Made by a program: the position numbers and the translations under genes. A DNA stretch of 63,544 bases, counting the filler, from Craspedostauros australis (taxonomy: Eukaryota), in assembly GCA_030167865.1 (NCBI GenBank). It is 16 parts of 16 records of this genome, joined end to end, with 100 filler letters (N's around TTAATTAATTAA, not from the genome) between each part and the next. Parts side by side here need not be neighbours in the genome. Positions count along the whole stretch, not along the records: positions 16,764 to 24,981 come from JALAGF010002493.1; positions 25,082 to 27,292 come from JALAGF010002494.1; positions 27,393 to 28,772 come from JALAGF010002496.1; positions 28,873 to 31,155 come from JALAGF010002497.1; positions 31,256 to 36,975 come from JALAGF010002498.1; 11 more parts are not named here. One strand, written 5' to 3'. Under the pieces are notes generated by a model. It was not told the origin of the DNA and did no database searches. It saw only the letters and a list, made by a program, of their open reading frames with translations. Below are positions 22,971-35,946 of this stretch, in pieces (the stretch's first letter is position 1; every line of letters starts with the position of its first letter).

Positions 22971-24343
22971 TCAACCATCGAAGCAGCCGGGTGGGGTTGG
23001 GCAGATGGATGGGTCGGCGCTCAAAATGCCATCCCTGTTGGCTCTGACATATTCGATGACCCTCGTTGCATTCACCATCTCCCCGTCCATCGCAGCAAGC
23101 TTTGCGCCGACGATCATACCGCAATTTCTACGGGCTCCGTCTCCAAGCGGCGTCTCCAACATGTCACAGAGGGTATCAAAATAGAGCGTACCCTTCATAT
23201 GAGCAAAAAAATATCCCCCGAACGTAATGCGCATGACGTCGCGTTCGGCGTTAATGAAATCGTTCCCGATTGGCGTTCCCGGAGCCAACCCAGTAGGATT
23301 TGTTCTGGGAACTGGTGGAGCAACGTGCATGAGGAAGAAGGGGAAGAGATCGACGATGACCCTCTCCAGAAGGAAGTTTGATGCAATACCCGTTTCTGCC
23401 AACCTATCCATGAAACCGTCTCCAAGACTGAGGGAAGCGATGGCGTATTCCTGGAAGGTGCTGGCGCCGGATGGATCGGTAACTGCTTTGCCCATCGTCC
23501 CTGCGTTGGTCAGTAACCAAGAAGTGGTTCCACCGGACGTGAGCAGAGGGTTGTCGAAACCATCTGGCAGCCCCATCTGGACCCCTTCCTGCAGCTGCTG
23601 GATGAATTCGTCGGTGGCGGTTGGAGAATTGGCGAAGACTGCCTTCAGCGCGTCTGTGTCTGCCAGAATCTTCCCCTTCACACCTTGCATTTGGACCCTT
23701 GCCACTTGCGTGCTGTCAATGGCAGGATCGAGCGACCAAAACTCGATGAGCTTCTTGAGAGTATAGCAGGCCGTCTCGGTGAATTCCCCGTGTCGTCCGA
23801 TCCCTGGATTGCCGGGCACGCAGGCATCGACACCAACGGTCGCGGCTACTTCGTAGGCAAGCGTGATGCCCGTACCACCAACAGGAATGACGGAGACTCC
23901 AGCCAGTTGCTCGATGAGTTCCCTGCTTTGAATTTGACCGAGGTGGCGGTAATACCAAGCAGACCTGCTGCGCCTCCATGCCTCCATGACAACCCCTGGT
24001 TGATCGGGCGGGAATCCTCCTTTCTTGGAGCCCTTGGATTGGGAGCCGCCGCTGGCACCCTTGAGGTTGCGGGTCTTCTGCATCATCACTTGAGTTTCTA
24101 TTGTGGTCGACGAGACGGCAGGAGGATACACATTGAGAGTTGCGATGGACAATGGACGATGCAGACGCATGTCGGTGCAAACGGAGATGTGAGTTGGATG
24201 ATCATCCATGCAGTTGTTGGGCACATGCATTCTTCGGCAGGCCTGGAGTACCTCTTAATGCTATGCGTACCTTCGCCCAAGGTGAAGTCCATGACGGAGC
24301 TCATGATGGAGAGGAACAGAGTTGCTTTGCCGAAGGAAACCAT
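22971..24343 (-). CDS. Secreted ~399-aa protein, possibly a catalytically dead relative of neutral zinc metallopeptidases; exons 24343-24271 and 24097-22971
   Basis: Hydrophobic N-terminus. A GTACGC..TAG intron gives 1200 nt in frame. RNL followed by KGSKKG. Segments GFDNPLLT, LGDG and GYFFAHMKG recall that family, but there is no HExxH. Confidence 0.65.
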
Positions 24344-25449
24344 GATGAAGATCGGATGCTTGAGTCAGAGTAGAATGGAGTATTGGTTTGTGAGTGCTGG
24401 TTGCTGATCGTTGTGTGTTGTTCGTTGTTTTGGTTGTCAGCGAATGCTTTTTGTGAGGACGAGGAGTTGCGACGACCAAACTTCATCCACGAAGATGCGC
24501 GAGAAGAGCATCTGTGGCTGTAGGTTTGTGTTGTGTGTGTGTGTGTGTGTGCGTGCAGAGGACGAGCCCCATGTATCGTACGGCTCGAGAGCGGAAGCAC
24601 CATCTCTTGCTGGCAACTTTTGGGGCTCCTCTCGCGTTGCAGTTGTATCGTGAAGCGGAATGCAGCGAAAGCTCGTCAAGTGAACTCGGTCTTTCTGACA
24701 TGAGCGAACTGGAAGTGCTCTGGTGATAGAATTTTCGTCAGCGAGATGTGATCCTGTGCCTCTTTTGCCTTCGTCGTTGATGCAAGAGTTCCAGTGGCGC
24801 GATTGACCCTGCACTCACGCAAATAGCACGACACGAGTACAACGGAGGTGGCTGCTGCAAGAACGGAGAGCTGGCACGCTTGTCGTACGACTAGTCATAG
24901 TGCCTCAAAGAGCCGGACCCAAATGTTTGGCGATGTTTGGCGATGTTTGGCGATGATTGGCTACAGATTTTGGACCCGTTTNNNNNNNNNNNNNNNNNNN
25001 NNNNNNNNNNNNNNNNNNNNNNNNNTTAATTAATTAANNNNNNNNNNNNNNNNNNNNNNNNNNNNNNNNNNNNNNNNNNNNAATTGTGTTCTGGAACTTG
25101 TGTGTCCTGGTTATGTTTCCTCTTTCATCAACGGAGCCATGTAACTGTGTGTCCATTTAAAAAAAGCTTGGTTGATTTCTCGTTGTTGCGATAGAGGACT
25201 CTCGCACTCCGCTCAGCCCTTCACAAGCAAGCCTGCAAGGGAGCCACAGCCCGATAGCCACACCTTTCGAGGGGTGGCATCAGAGCTTCTCCCTTGGCGC
25301 AAGCCGAATAGATTTAAGTTCGTGCGCTCCAAGCTGATATGTTCTAAGCTTGCACAGTTCCNNNNNNNNNNNNNNNNNNNNNNNNNNNNNNNNNNNNNNN
25401 NNNNNNNNNNNNNNNNNNNNNNNNNNNNNNNNNNNNNNNNNNNNNNNNT

Positions 25450-27291
25450 TGCTCCATGCTTGTCGCTGGGCTATCTCATTTGCATTCCATTTCAAACCAC
25501 GACGTCAAGGAGAACCACCGCAACACATCCATGCCATGGGATTACATTGCATCACATGCTTCCTCTGCATCATCCGCATCATCCAAACCACTCTACGTTT
25601 TTGCTTTCCTCTGATCCACACCCACCTACAACAGCCAATTCATCCATACCCCACCCCACTGTACATCTTCTTGCCAAATCAACAACAAGCCACATTCTTC
25701 CATCATTGATCCATCCCATCCTTTCGATTATCTCTCCACCCCTCGCCTCAACAACAACAGTGACCATCCTGATGGGACTGCAGCGCAGTCTCCCATGCCA
25801 TCCACTTGCACGATACAACCACCTTCCTATGCCGACGACGTGAAGCAGCCACCAACCATCACATGATTTCCCAATGTATTCACGTTGGTGCAGTCTCCTC
25901 AGGATGCAGGTGTTGCCTACATGGAATGCAACAACAACGAATCCCGCACTATGTCTGTCACTGATGGCTTACCCTGCACAACACCGCCATCTACGGACCA
26001 GACGAACAACAAGAGGGCATGCCATTGCAAGAAGCCGTCAGCTCCTCCTACCTCAGTCTTCAAAATTGTGACAGTCGGTAGCAACAGTAATCAGCCCACT
26101 TCATGGCCTGATCCCACCACCACTGTTGGCAAGGCCGCATAGCGTTTCCCTCCAATGTACTACAAACTGAAGGGAAAGGTGGACTGCTTGCCTTGGCTGC
26201 ACATACTGCAACCATGCAACAGAATCCCCATGAATGTGATGACCAGGCTTCCAAACAAGCCATGGATACCACTCATTGGCACAGCATGGACAATCATCTG
26301 CAACGAACTCCACCAGCAGAACTCCACGGTGTTGCTGAATATGCCACAAGAGTCCGCATTGGCCAACCAATTCAATAACTTCCTGAAGCTCACCAAAACA
26401 CTCCTGAAGCGCACCCCTTGCTGCAGCGGCATGACGGAGAATATGAAGCAGTGGCTCGATGAGCTCACCAACCTGATACAGGAGCGCAAGAACTACACCA
26501 AGGATTGCGTCACCTTGGAGCAAAGAATTCAAGGATGCAATAGCATCAACAGCAAGCAAAGATCCCACATGCTCGCCCTGCGCCCTGCAATCTCAAAGGA
26601 ATAGGCCGGCAAAGCCGCGTGCAAACAGAAGGCAGCAGGAAGTGAAGAGAATGCCTCATCTTTCTGCATGTCATCCACCACAACGAAGCCTGATAAGAGG
26701 CCACACGTGAGTATGGAACAGAAGATGCAGAACACTGCAAGCCTCCTCAACAGGCTGAACAAAATCGAAACAAGCTCGCAGATTGGCTGCATGTGGCAAT
26801 GCCTCCTGCTCCCACCCAAGCCGGACTTCATCCAATCATGGTGGTCTGGTCTGCTTCCCCCCTTTCAGTACCAGCTGTGGAGGCAAGCGCACACATCCAC
26901 AATATCGGCAATGGAAACGGCAACAGAAATGGCAGCAAGGACAGGGACAGTAGCAATGACAATAACAACAACAGAAACAACAGCCAATTCATCCAGCACA
27001 TGTTGAATCAGCAACAGAAAATGCGCGATACATGCCACTGCTGGTAGGAGGATCGTGACAGCTTGGAGCGAGAGACTTCTCAGTTGCGCTACACCCAAGA
27101 TAGGCTCTCTGCTGATATGAGGTCTCTTGCGGACCTCATGTTCCAAAACTACCACACCAGCAATGGCACTGTCAGCGGCAATAGCAATGGCAACATCAAC
27201 AGCCACCGCGATGGCAATGACAACCACGATGGCAGTGGCAGTGGCAGTTGCAACCGAAACAGAAACGGAAGTGACAGCGATTCCGCAATCA
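25450..27291 (+). pseudogene. Decayed coding-like sequence, probably a transposon ORF relic
   Basis: Broken plus-strand frames with Asn/Gly/Ser-rich tracts, several stops and visible CA/TG enrichment. No recognisable domain. Confidence 0.3.
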
Positions 27292-27392
27292 CNNNNNNNN
27301 NNNNNNNNNNNNNNNNNNNNNNNNNNNNNNNNNNNNTTAATTAATTAANNNNNNNNNNNNNNNNNNNNNNNNNNNNNNNNNNNNNNNNNNNN

Positions 27393-28772
27393 GCGAATGT
27401 CAATGTGCCTGGAGTTCCGTGTCGGCTGGTTGGCGTTAGCCATCATTCTTGCGCCTCGATTGTCCTCGTAGATGAGCGTCGCATGTGTCTGCGCAACGCC
27501 AATCTCATCGAGAATAGACCGAAGCCAGAGCGCCATCTTGCCAGCATCGCTGGCGGCAAGGAACTCGGCCTCGGAAGTGCTGAGAGAGACGGTAGGTTGC
27601 ACGCGAGTCTTCCANNNNACAGCTGCGCCACCCAGAAGGAAAGCAATGCCGCTTGTAGACCGACGATGCTTGGTGTCGGCGCCCCAATCAGCATCCACGT
27701 AGGCATACAGCGAAGTTGCCTGGATAGTGCCCTGATCCGTTGTGTCGTGACGCTTGTCGCCGGCAGGGGACAGCCGTCGCGGGTTGGGAACATCCGCAAG
27801 TTGCATGAGAGGAGACTGTCGCCAGTATGTAACCCCAAACTCCCTGGTGGCCGCAACGTACCGAAAGAGATACTTGACTGCCTCGTAGTGAACACGCGCA
27901 GGGTTCATGGAGAACTGACTCAGCTTGACCACCGGGAACGATATGTCAGGTCGACACGAAACCATGGCCCATATGAGCTCGCCAATTGCCTGTCGGTAGT
28001 TGAAGAACTCGGACTGCAGACGTTGTCGCTCGGCATCCGAGTCAGGTAGGACAGCTTGATCCAACTGGCGCACGTGCCCATTATCCGCTCGCATGGGTAG
28101 GCGTTGTGAAGACTTCAGTCCCTGCCAATCGTGCCGTTGTAGCACCTTGTCAATGTAGGTAGAGCAGTGCACCGTCACATGCCGCCTTGCCTGGATGAGA
28201 TCCAGCCCATTGTAATGCGCGAAGAGACCGTGTCGAGTGATGGGCTGATTCAGACGAGCATCGAGCATGTCACAGAATCTGACGTAGGAAGCCTCATCGC
28301 GAGTTGCCACTGCAAAGTCATCCACCTGCCGAAGCACGTAAACTTTGTGCTGACAGAGCTCACCGGTGTACAAACACGGCGCTTGCGTAGTGGCAGAGAA
28401 TCCCATGTCCTTGAGAAGACGGTTGACGTGTAGACTCCACTGTCGGGGCGCCTCAGGATGGCCCTGGAGATTCTTGAGAACAGGTACCACCATGCGTCGA
28501 TCCAGAACCTCGCCATGCTTGTGTTGCCACCAGGTGCGAAACTGATCATCCGCCCGCATGTAGTACCGCTGCGCACTGGCAGGTGCCTCCGCAAACGCAT
28601 TGGCAACGTCGGCCCCATACACCAGCAGTCCTTGTACTGCAGCAATGGCCACCAGGATGCGAAACTCGGTGAGATCCGGAGTCGCCGCGTAGGTGTGACC
28701 AAAAACGCGCACACTGCCGCCACGGGTCGATCCATCACATACGGCGCGAGCCTTCTTGCGATTGTTTTCATG
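27393..28772 (-). mobile_element. Ty1/Copia retrotransposon RT-RNase H fragment
   Basis: GADVANAF, LQGHPEA, RQVDDF, YVDADWG..RRSTSG, VSLSTSEAE, YEDN, RHIDIR. Confidence 0.95.
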
Positions 28773-28872
28773 NNNNNNNNNNNNNNNNNNNNNNNNNNNN
28801 NNNNNNNNNNNNNNNNTTAATTAATTAANNNNNNNNNNNNNNNNNNNNNNNNNNNNNNNNNNNNNNNNNNNN

Positions 28873-29295
28873 TGTGTGTTGCTCGTTGCTTTGGTTGTCA
28901 GCGAATGCTTTTTGTGAGGATGAGGAGTGAGTTGCGATGAGTAAACTTCATCCACGAAGAAGCGCGAGAAGAGTATCCTTATCGGCAGGGTGCTCTGTTG
29001 TTGTTTGTCCTTGTCACGACAAAACCCGCGGTGTGTGTAGATCATGGTGTTGGAAAGTTGGGCTTACGCGAGCGGAGAGGATGAAATGCACGCTGCACGT
29101 GTGGCGACTGCACCCGATTGGATGTTGGCGAACCTGCCCGAGCGATTTTTGTTTCAGGCGAGGGCATCGCGTATCGCAAGCAGGCAGGGATGTTGTGGTG
29201 TGTGTTTTCGTCGAGGATGTGATCCTGCGCCTCTTTTGCCCCAATCGTTGATGCAACAGTTCCAGTGGCGAGGCTGGCCCTGCACTAACGCAAGT
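28873..29295 (-). promoter_or_regulatory. Paralogous upstream region matching 24412-24820 in two conserved blocks
   Basis: 28873-28980 matches 24412-24512, and about 29215-29295 matches about 24744-24825. The spacers between the blocks do not align. Confidence 0.6.
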
Positions 29296-29639
29296 ACTAT
29301 CAGTACCAGTGGTGTCAATGCATGGTCAGCAGGACAGCAGGGGCCGAAGCCACGAAGGCTCGCGCTCATCGATGCGACAACTGGCGAAGAAGTGGCTTCG
29401 TGCCCCACGAGTCAGAAGATGGCGAAAGGGAGCCAACGGAAATCGGAGTGCGCCATAAGACTCCATTATTGGCTGCCCGCAGAGTGTTGTGCGACACAAG
29501 GAACATCGAGAGGGGGATGTTGCAAGAGTGGAGAACTGGCACCCTCCTCTTATTTGTGGCGACGATCTCGAAAAGGCCAGCAAAGAAATCAATGCAAAAA
29601 GTGAGCACAGAGGTTCCAGTGACGAGGTACAAGGACACC

Positions 29640-30420
29640 TGTCAGGAATCGGGGGTACGACTTTGCAAAGATACCTTGTTCTACCGCAGCTCCCATGAGG
29701 ACTGACTGGAACCGACATGGTATTATATACAAAGATACTCATGATTGCCGCAACCCCCCAATAGCATCTCCCAGACAAACCACAACCTAGCAATCGATCA
29801 GTTGCACTCGGACAGCCCAATGGCCTTACCTGTCTTATGCAACATCCAAGCACCTTCATCCAGTGGCCTACTCGGCCATGTCCCGATAACAGTTGGGAAC
29901 CAAGAGATCTATGACAATGGCAACACACCAGCCCATGAGTGAATCGAATGAGCGCGACAACCAATATATCTGAACAAGTCAACGCGCCCCTGAGAACCTA
30001 ATGTGAGAAAGTGAAACAGAGGCGATCCCTATTCACCCAAGACCACGATCCAAATGACAATAAGTTCCAAGCATCCAAAGGCAACCATCGAGATGACCGG
30101 AGGGAGGAACCGAAATGAAGTGGGACCAGTGAGGTGACATGAGACCCAAGGAGAGGTACCCGTAGGTCTACGAGTACAAACTCGACGAATGTAGGTGCTC
30201 TCCAATATGCAGCTAAAGCAGGCGATGAACCACCATGAACGCAAGATGCAAATGCAGATGAAAGGAGCCATGCCCAAGAGTGTAACCATGGATGGCTATT
30301 GCAGACCATGCGTGCTATAGAATCGGAATCGAAAGGAGATGAGCATGTTGTGCTCACAGTTCTAAAATGGTACAGACTGATAACAGATTAGTCTACTACA
30401 ATAACCCCGGATTTCTAACA
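29640..30420. mobile_element. 781-bp TGT...ACA element, second complete copy, without TSD
   Basis: Same ends as 869-1655: TGTCAGGAATCGGGGGT and CTCACAGTTCTAAAATGG...CCCCGGATTTCTAACA. The two flanks differ. Confidence 0.85.
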
Positions 30421-31155
30421 AACTACGAGCGTATGTTCGGCGAGCTTCCCCGCAAGATCAGCTGGCCCCTCGACAAGGCCGACAGCCCGGAGCTCGACAC
30501 CTCTTCCGAACTCAGCGAAACCGACAAACGCAAGTTCATGTCGCTCATTGGTGCACTCCAGTGGTGTATCTCCCTCGGGCGGTTTGACATCTCTGTCGCC
30601 GTCATGACGCTGGCACGCTTCCGCTCAGCTCCCCGCCAAGGCCACCTGGACCGCGCAAAGCACATCTACGGATATCTTCGTAAGCATCCAGATGCTGCCA
30701 TCCGCTTCCGCACCTGCGTTCCCCGCTTCGATCTTCACTACGAGGTTCCCAACCATGACTGGATCTACTCCGTCTACGGGAAGACCTCNGAGGAGATTCC
30801 GGACGACATCCCCGAGCCGAAAGGCAAACCAGTCCGAACCACCACGTTCGTCGACGCCAACCTTCTCCACTGCCAAGTCACTGGCAGATCCGCGACCGGT
30901 GCTCTCCATCTGGTAAACCAGACCCCCATCGAATGGTTCTCCAAGCGTCAAGGCACGGTTGAGACCGCCACCTACGGGTCCGAGTTCGTCGCTGCCCGTC
31001 AAGCTACGGAGCAGATCATCTCCCTTCGTCTCGCTCTCCGCGAGATGGGCATTCCAATCGACGGCCCCAGTTGGATGCTGGGTGACAACCAGTCTGTCAT
31101 CACCTCCTCCACGGTCCCCAAGAGCATGCTCTCCAAGCGCCACAACGCACTGGCC
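30421..31155 (+). mobile_element. Ty1/Copia RT-RNase H fragment of a second lineage, cut at its 5' side by the TGT...ACA element
   Basis: SLIGALQW, GRFDI, FVDANLLHC.VTGRSATG, VETATYGSEFVAAR, LGDNQSV, KRHNALA. Confidence 0.93.
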
Positions 31156-31255
31156 NNNNNNNNNNNNNNNNNNNNNNNNNNNNNNNNNNNNNNNNNNNNT
31201 TAATTAATTAANNNNNNNNNNNNNNNNNNNNNNNNNNNNNNNNNNNNNNNNNNNN

Positions 31256-31686
31256 TCCTTCTCTGGATCCACGTCGTCGTCTCCTACGCAATCAACTCGC
31301 AAGCCATCTGCGCCTCCATGGACAGACTCTTCCTGTCCAAGATGAAGTTGTTCGAGTCTGCAACAGACAGACGAAGGTGGCTCATCCTCACCAGCGGAAT
31401 GGTCGCCTCCACTTTCCTCGTTGCCAACGCCATCCCTTTCTTCAAGGATCTCGTCTCATTCACGGGTGCCCTGACAAGCGTGCCACTGGCTTTGCTGCTG
31501 CCAGCCATTTTCCATCGCAAGATCCTCCGAGTTCCCATCTGGTCACCGACATGGGCCACGATGCAATCTTACAGCCTGTTGGCGTTTGCTGTTGTGTTCA
31601 TGGTGGTAGCCGTGAGCAGCTCTGTGTACACCATCGCGATGGATTGGGAGGAGCATCAAGGTGGATTCTTCTCATGTCATAGCTAG
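31256..31686 (+). CDS. Amino acid/auxin permease (Aa_trans) family transporter, C-terminal fragment
   Basis: Multiple TM segments and the motif ANAIPFFKDLVSFTGALT..PL..LLPA. 5'-truncated by the contig edge. Confidence 0.8.
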
Positions 31687-33166
31687 TGCTAATATTGGCT
31701 TTCATCGCTCAGTTGCGAAATGCCATTCTACCAATACATACCACTTCTCGTGAGCCTAGTTTGGCATGTCCACCAGACCACGGGTTTAGCTCTCCCTGCC
31801 AGCGGCAAAGTGGCCTGGTCGGAAGGTGAGAACAATTACACTCACCTATTGTGCGAGTACGAGCAATGAGTAGGAGCAACGTGCAATACCAGAAGCACCC
31901 ACACCGTTCATCATGGAATGCAAGAATACTCCGTCGCGACCTCCTTTTCATTCGATGCGCGTCGAACTCGGTGTCTTCTTCAAGGGAATGAGAAGGCTTC
32001 GCTGCATACAAGTACGAGTACGAGTGCAAAGTAGACTATTGGAAAACAGCACCAGTGGCTCTTGTGGATGTTCCATTCCCTGGTCGATCTGCGTTTGCGT
32101 TGAACGCTCTTGAACTGGAGACGAGGTTGCTTCGGATTGGAATACCGTTCCGGAGCAGAGAGCGCATCGAGATGCCATGACAGCCCAGAACTTTGGCGCC
32201 TCCCATGTAACAGAACACCAAGGCTCCAACACAGACATAATATGTATTATACATAGTCGTACGAGTAGTATGAGGCGACAATGCACTCGCCGAGGCAATT
32301 CAACAACGACAGTCGCACAGTGGAACGCGAAGTTTGGAACGTCCGTGCCACCAAGTTGCGCAGATTGCTCCTCGAAGACTGCGAAAAGGACGGCGGTGGA
32401 ATACAGTTCTCCGCAAAGATGAACATCGGTGTTTGGGTCAAATTCTGCTTCCCGGAAATACGTGTGGTGAACGGAAGGACTCGTATGCTTCTCCCCTAGT
32501 CCAATAAAATATCCCGCATTTCGGTCGACTCCTAACTGCGCCAAGTGATTTCGCAATTTCGGAGGAGTAATAAGTGCGTGGACAAAACGGTCCTCGGCTC
32601 CACAATAAAGCGAAGCCATCACAAGCTACAGAAAAGCACCTCACATCAACTTCACGTCATTCGAGTCACTTCGTTTCCTGGTCCGGTCCCTGGAAGTGCT
32701 CCCAACAGCACGAATGCATGCATGTACAGTAGTAGAGAAGCAGTTACTCTCCTACGCTGTTCATCATCTCGTGTCAAAGATCCTATTCTCCAATTCAGCA
32801 CGGCGCTGCCTCTCGCTACGACAATGTGCAATTGAGGAGCATTGAATCATGTGCTGGATGCGATGCTCCATGAACTCGTGCGCCAGCACAACTGGCAGTG
32901 CTAGCGGAAGCCACATGGCCGTGATGAGAGTGACCCAGACAGCGATAATGAAGACAACTACAACACGTTTATTCTACTAATTCCGCCAATGCAGCCCTAC
33001 CCTACCAGATAACGGTGTGGAGATGGATTGATCTTGGGGGGTCAGTTCAGCACTCAATACGAGCATGGAGTGGAACTGCTGGGATGAGCACAAAGGCATC
33101 GCCTCCGCAAACCGGATTACGAGGAAAGGGCCGGCCCAGGTATTGGGCGTTGGTCCCAAGCCATCT

Positions 33167-34414
33167 TCATCGCCTTTGGCTTCTTCGTGTCATCTTGGGG
33201 CGACGAAGGTACCAGACCATGCCCAGCGCATTGAGGCGATCCAACCGCTCGTTGGTCATCGACGACTTCCAGCCAAATCTGAACAAGTTGTACTGTCGGC
33301 GTTGGCCCTTGACCCATACACCCAATGCAGGGTTCCTGTCATATTCCGTCGGCACGTTGCAGTTCCCGTGCTGCCGATGGAATTCAACGAGCTCGGCGTA
33401 CCGCTGTTCCCAGATCAGCCGGTGCGAATTCCAAATGAAGCCGAGTCCGTTCAATGCTTGGATTCGATCTTCTGTCAGGGGAGAATGCTTCCCTGCAAGC
33501 TTGATCTTGAGCTGATATCTCTGACGCTTGACCCACTGCGACAGAGATGGGTATTTGCACGTGCTCACAAGGCAATGCCCGTGCCTTTGGTGATATTGCT
33601 TCAGTTCCTCGAATCTGCTTTCCCAATTGCTGGGTTGAATCGCCGGCAAATCAAGAGCACCGAAGTTGGAGACCTGCGAAATGTCGCATGGAATCGGCAC
33701 GTGCGAGGACGAGGACGAGGCCACCGCCGGCGGTGGCATATCGAGGGCAGGGTCATCTTGGTTGAGAAGAGGAGACGCTGCTCGAAGCTTTTCTACTTCA
33801 GATACGGCAGCGTATCCCTGCGTACCTGGCCGAGGCACAAGCGCTGGCGCACTCGAAGTTGTCTGCCCATCGGAGCATGCGAGCTCAGCTGATGCTCCAA
33901 ATATGTCTACAATAATTTCAGCTGACTCGAGTTCCCAATGGGTATCCCCAATCTTGACTTGATTGACGATATTCATTCTCTCTGTTATGATGGGGGTGGG
34001 ATCTTGCTGATATCTGAAATCAAGGCTACTGCGACGATTGCAACAGCCACGAACAGCGGCCGTGCTCCTACAGCTCTGAAGATCCGTTGCAGGTTGCCGC
34101 ATGCCCATGTACGAGTACATTGCTTCTTGGGAGAGCTTTGACTGCACGTGCGGGGAGACTCGCGCCGGTGTCGACAAGGTGGAGAGCGTCTGCAGAGACG
34201 GAGTTGGAGAATTGGCGTATTCCGGGTTCCCAGCAAGAGCCACCATTGTGCGGATAGCACTACTTGCCTGCTGCTGGTAGGGAGATGTCAGATCGGCTGG
34301 TGTATTCGCAGAGCGTTGCGGGAGAAGTGTCAGTGAATTGGCCAGCGAAGCTTGACCTTCAGATCGAGATTGGTATAATACCATGCATGACGCTTCGAGA
34401 TCAGGACATGGCAC
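33167..34414 (-). CDS. Helicase-associated (HA) domain putative transcription factor with two HA repeats; 5' exon structure unresolved
   Basis: WESRFEELKQYHQRHGHCLV...LSQWVKRQR...RIQALNGLGFIW and WEQRYAELVEFHRQHGNCNVP...LGVWVKGQR...RLDRLNALG. Confidence 0.85.
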   Translation of the reverse strand: MPCPDLEASCMVLYQSRSEGQASLANSLTLLPQRSANTPADLTSPYQQQASSAIRTMVALAGNPEYANSPTPSLQTLSTLSTPARVSPHVQSKLSQEAMYSYMGMRQPATDLQSCRSTAAVRGCCNRRSSLDFRYQQDPTPIITERMNIVNQVKIGDTHWELESAEIIVDIFGASAELACSDGQTTSSAPALVPRPGTQGYAAVSEVEKLRAASPLLNQDDPALDMPPPAVASSSSSHVPIPCDISQVSNFGALDLPAIQPSNWESRFEELKQYHQRHGHCLVSTCKYPSLSQWVKRQRYQLKIKLAGKHSPLTEDRIQALNGLGFIWNSHRLIWEQRYAELVEFHRQHGNCNVPTEYDRNPALGVWVKGQRRQYNLFRFGWKSSMTNERLDRLNALGMVWYLRRPKMTRRSQRR

Positions 34415-35901
34415 GAATCATCAGGACGCATGGACCTGCCTGCACTGGATTGCTCCTACATGGCTGAGCTGCCGGCGTCTCTCAGAGCACTTACTATATT
34501 AGGTCTGTCCCTGCGATTGCCGCCAATCGCCAACACAATCGTTTGCAGTATAATAGAATACAACCGCACTTCGTGGAAATTGATCCCAATTGCGAATTCC
34601 TGAAGTGGTATCAGATAGAGCGTATGGAGACAAATTGCTCTTGCTGAGATGTTTGAGAGAGCACTGCGAGGGTCGCCAGCACTCCACTTGCTTCTGTCTC
34701 CGCGCTGATTCGATGCCACGAAACGCTGGCTTCGGTGCTATGGACACAGTTGTAGAGGTCGCTGTTGCTGATTCTGATGCTGATGTTATTCTGACGCTGA
34801 GGTTGATGATGGTTCTCGTCTCGGTTTTGATGCAGACACGACGTGTATTATGCGGGTGTGGATGTGGGACTTCTTGGTGCGGTTGCTGCTGCTGCTGCTG
34901 CCGGTCGTGGCTGTCGTGGCACTGAAGACACGGTCGAAATCGAATGTAGGGCTGCGGCAATGTTGACGAGCAGCGTTGAGCGTGGTACGTGTATGCTAGG
35001 GTACTCGTAGTCTGGATGGTGGCCTGAGTTCTGATGTTGTCTGACGTGACCGCAACCAGCAGTCAAGGACATATAATAAAACCGAAGGCACCGCAAATGT
35101 TCGAACGACACGCGCTCTGGTTGGCAACAGTGGTGCTGGTTGTTCTGTTAGCCATCTTGCCTGCGTGTGTGTTGCTTGCGTGGTCTTGCTTTTTGGTCTG
35201 TGAGTAAACACGAGTACGAGCGTGGGTATCTGCTGCGTGCTGTGTCTGTATGTTCGATCGATCCGCGAATCCATGTTTATCACAAAAGGGGACGCGTTCG
35301 CTTGCCCATGATGCACGACCAGCTGCTGTCTCAACAACCGTTCCCTGTTGCTGTTTCGGACAGCCATGTCGCGAAGGATTCCCTGGGTTCGCGATTTGTC
35401 GCCCACCATGGCCACCCAATAAATTGATTTCTGCGCCTCTCTCTGTCGTCGGCAAGGTTGTGTGTGTGCCAACGGCGTCGCAATCGCGGTTAGTGATATC
35501 TCGCAGATGTTCAATCAAATGACAGCAACAACAATGCGGAAAGTCAAGTTGGCAAGGAACAATCAATTTTTCATCTGGTCGTTGTGCACAGAAGAATGAT
35601 ATTTTCAAGTGCCATGTGTGACAAAGGAACAAGCTCGCAGCCAAACACGACCACCGCATTTGCCAACAATACCCAGCGAACTCTGGTGTTCTGGTGCCAA
35701 TGACGTGCAGACCACGGTTCGAATGTACGCGCATAGAGAGCACATGAAATGCTTGAGTCAACGCATCTTCCTGTGGTCGCAGCGGCGCTCGTCTGGCCTT
35801 CTGTTGGCGTCTGCTTGGGCCACACAGGAAAGAAATGTTGCCCACCCACGAGCAGCTCGTACGGCAACAGCTACCGCGAGGTTGGGGTGTATGAAGCTAT
35901 T

Positions 35902-35903
<2 letters not shown>

Positions 35904-35944
<41 letters not shown>
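35904..35944. repeat. (GA)n microsatellite
   Basis: About 20 GA units. Confidence 0.95.

Positions 35945-35946
<2 letters not shown>

Noticed and set aside
30367..30420. ATG start of ORF 30367-31203 as a real gene start
   Set aside because: The first 18 codons come from the inserted element's end, fused by chance in frame to a Copia pol fragment.
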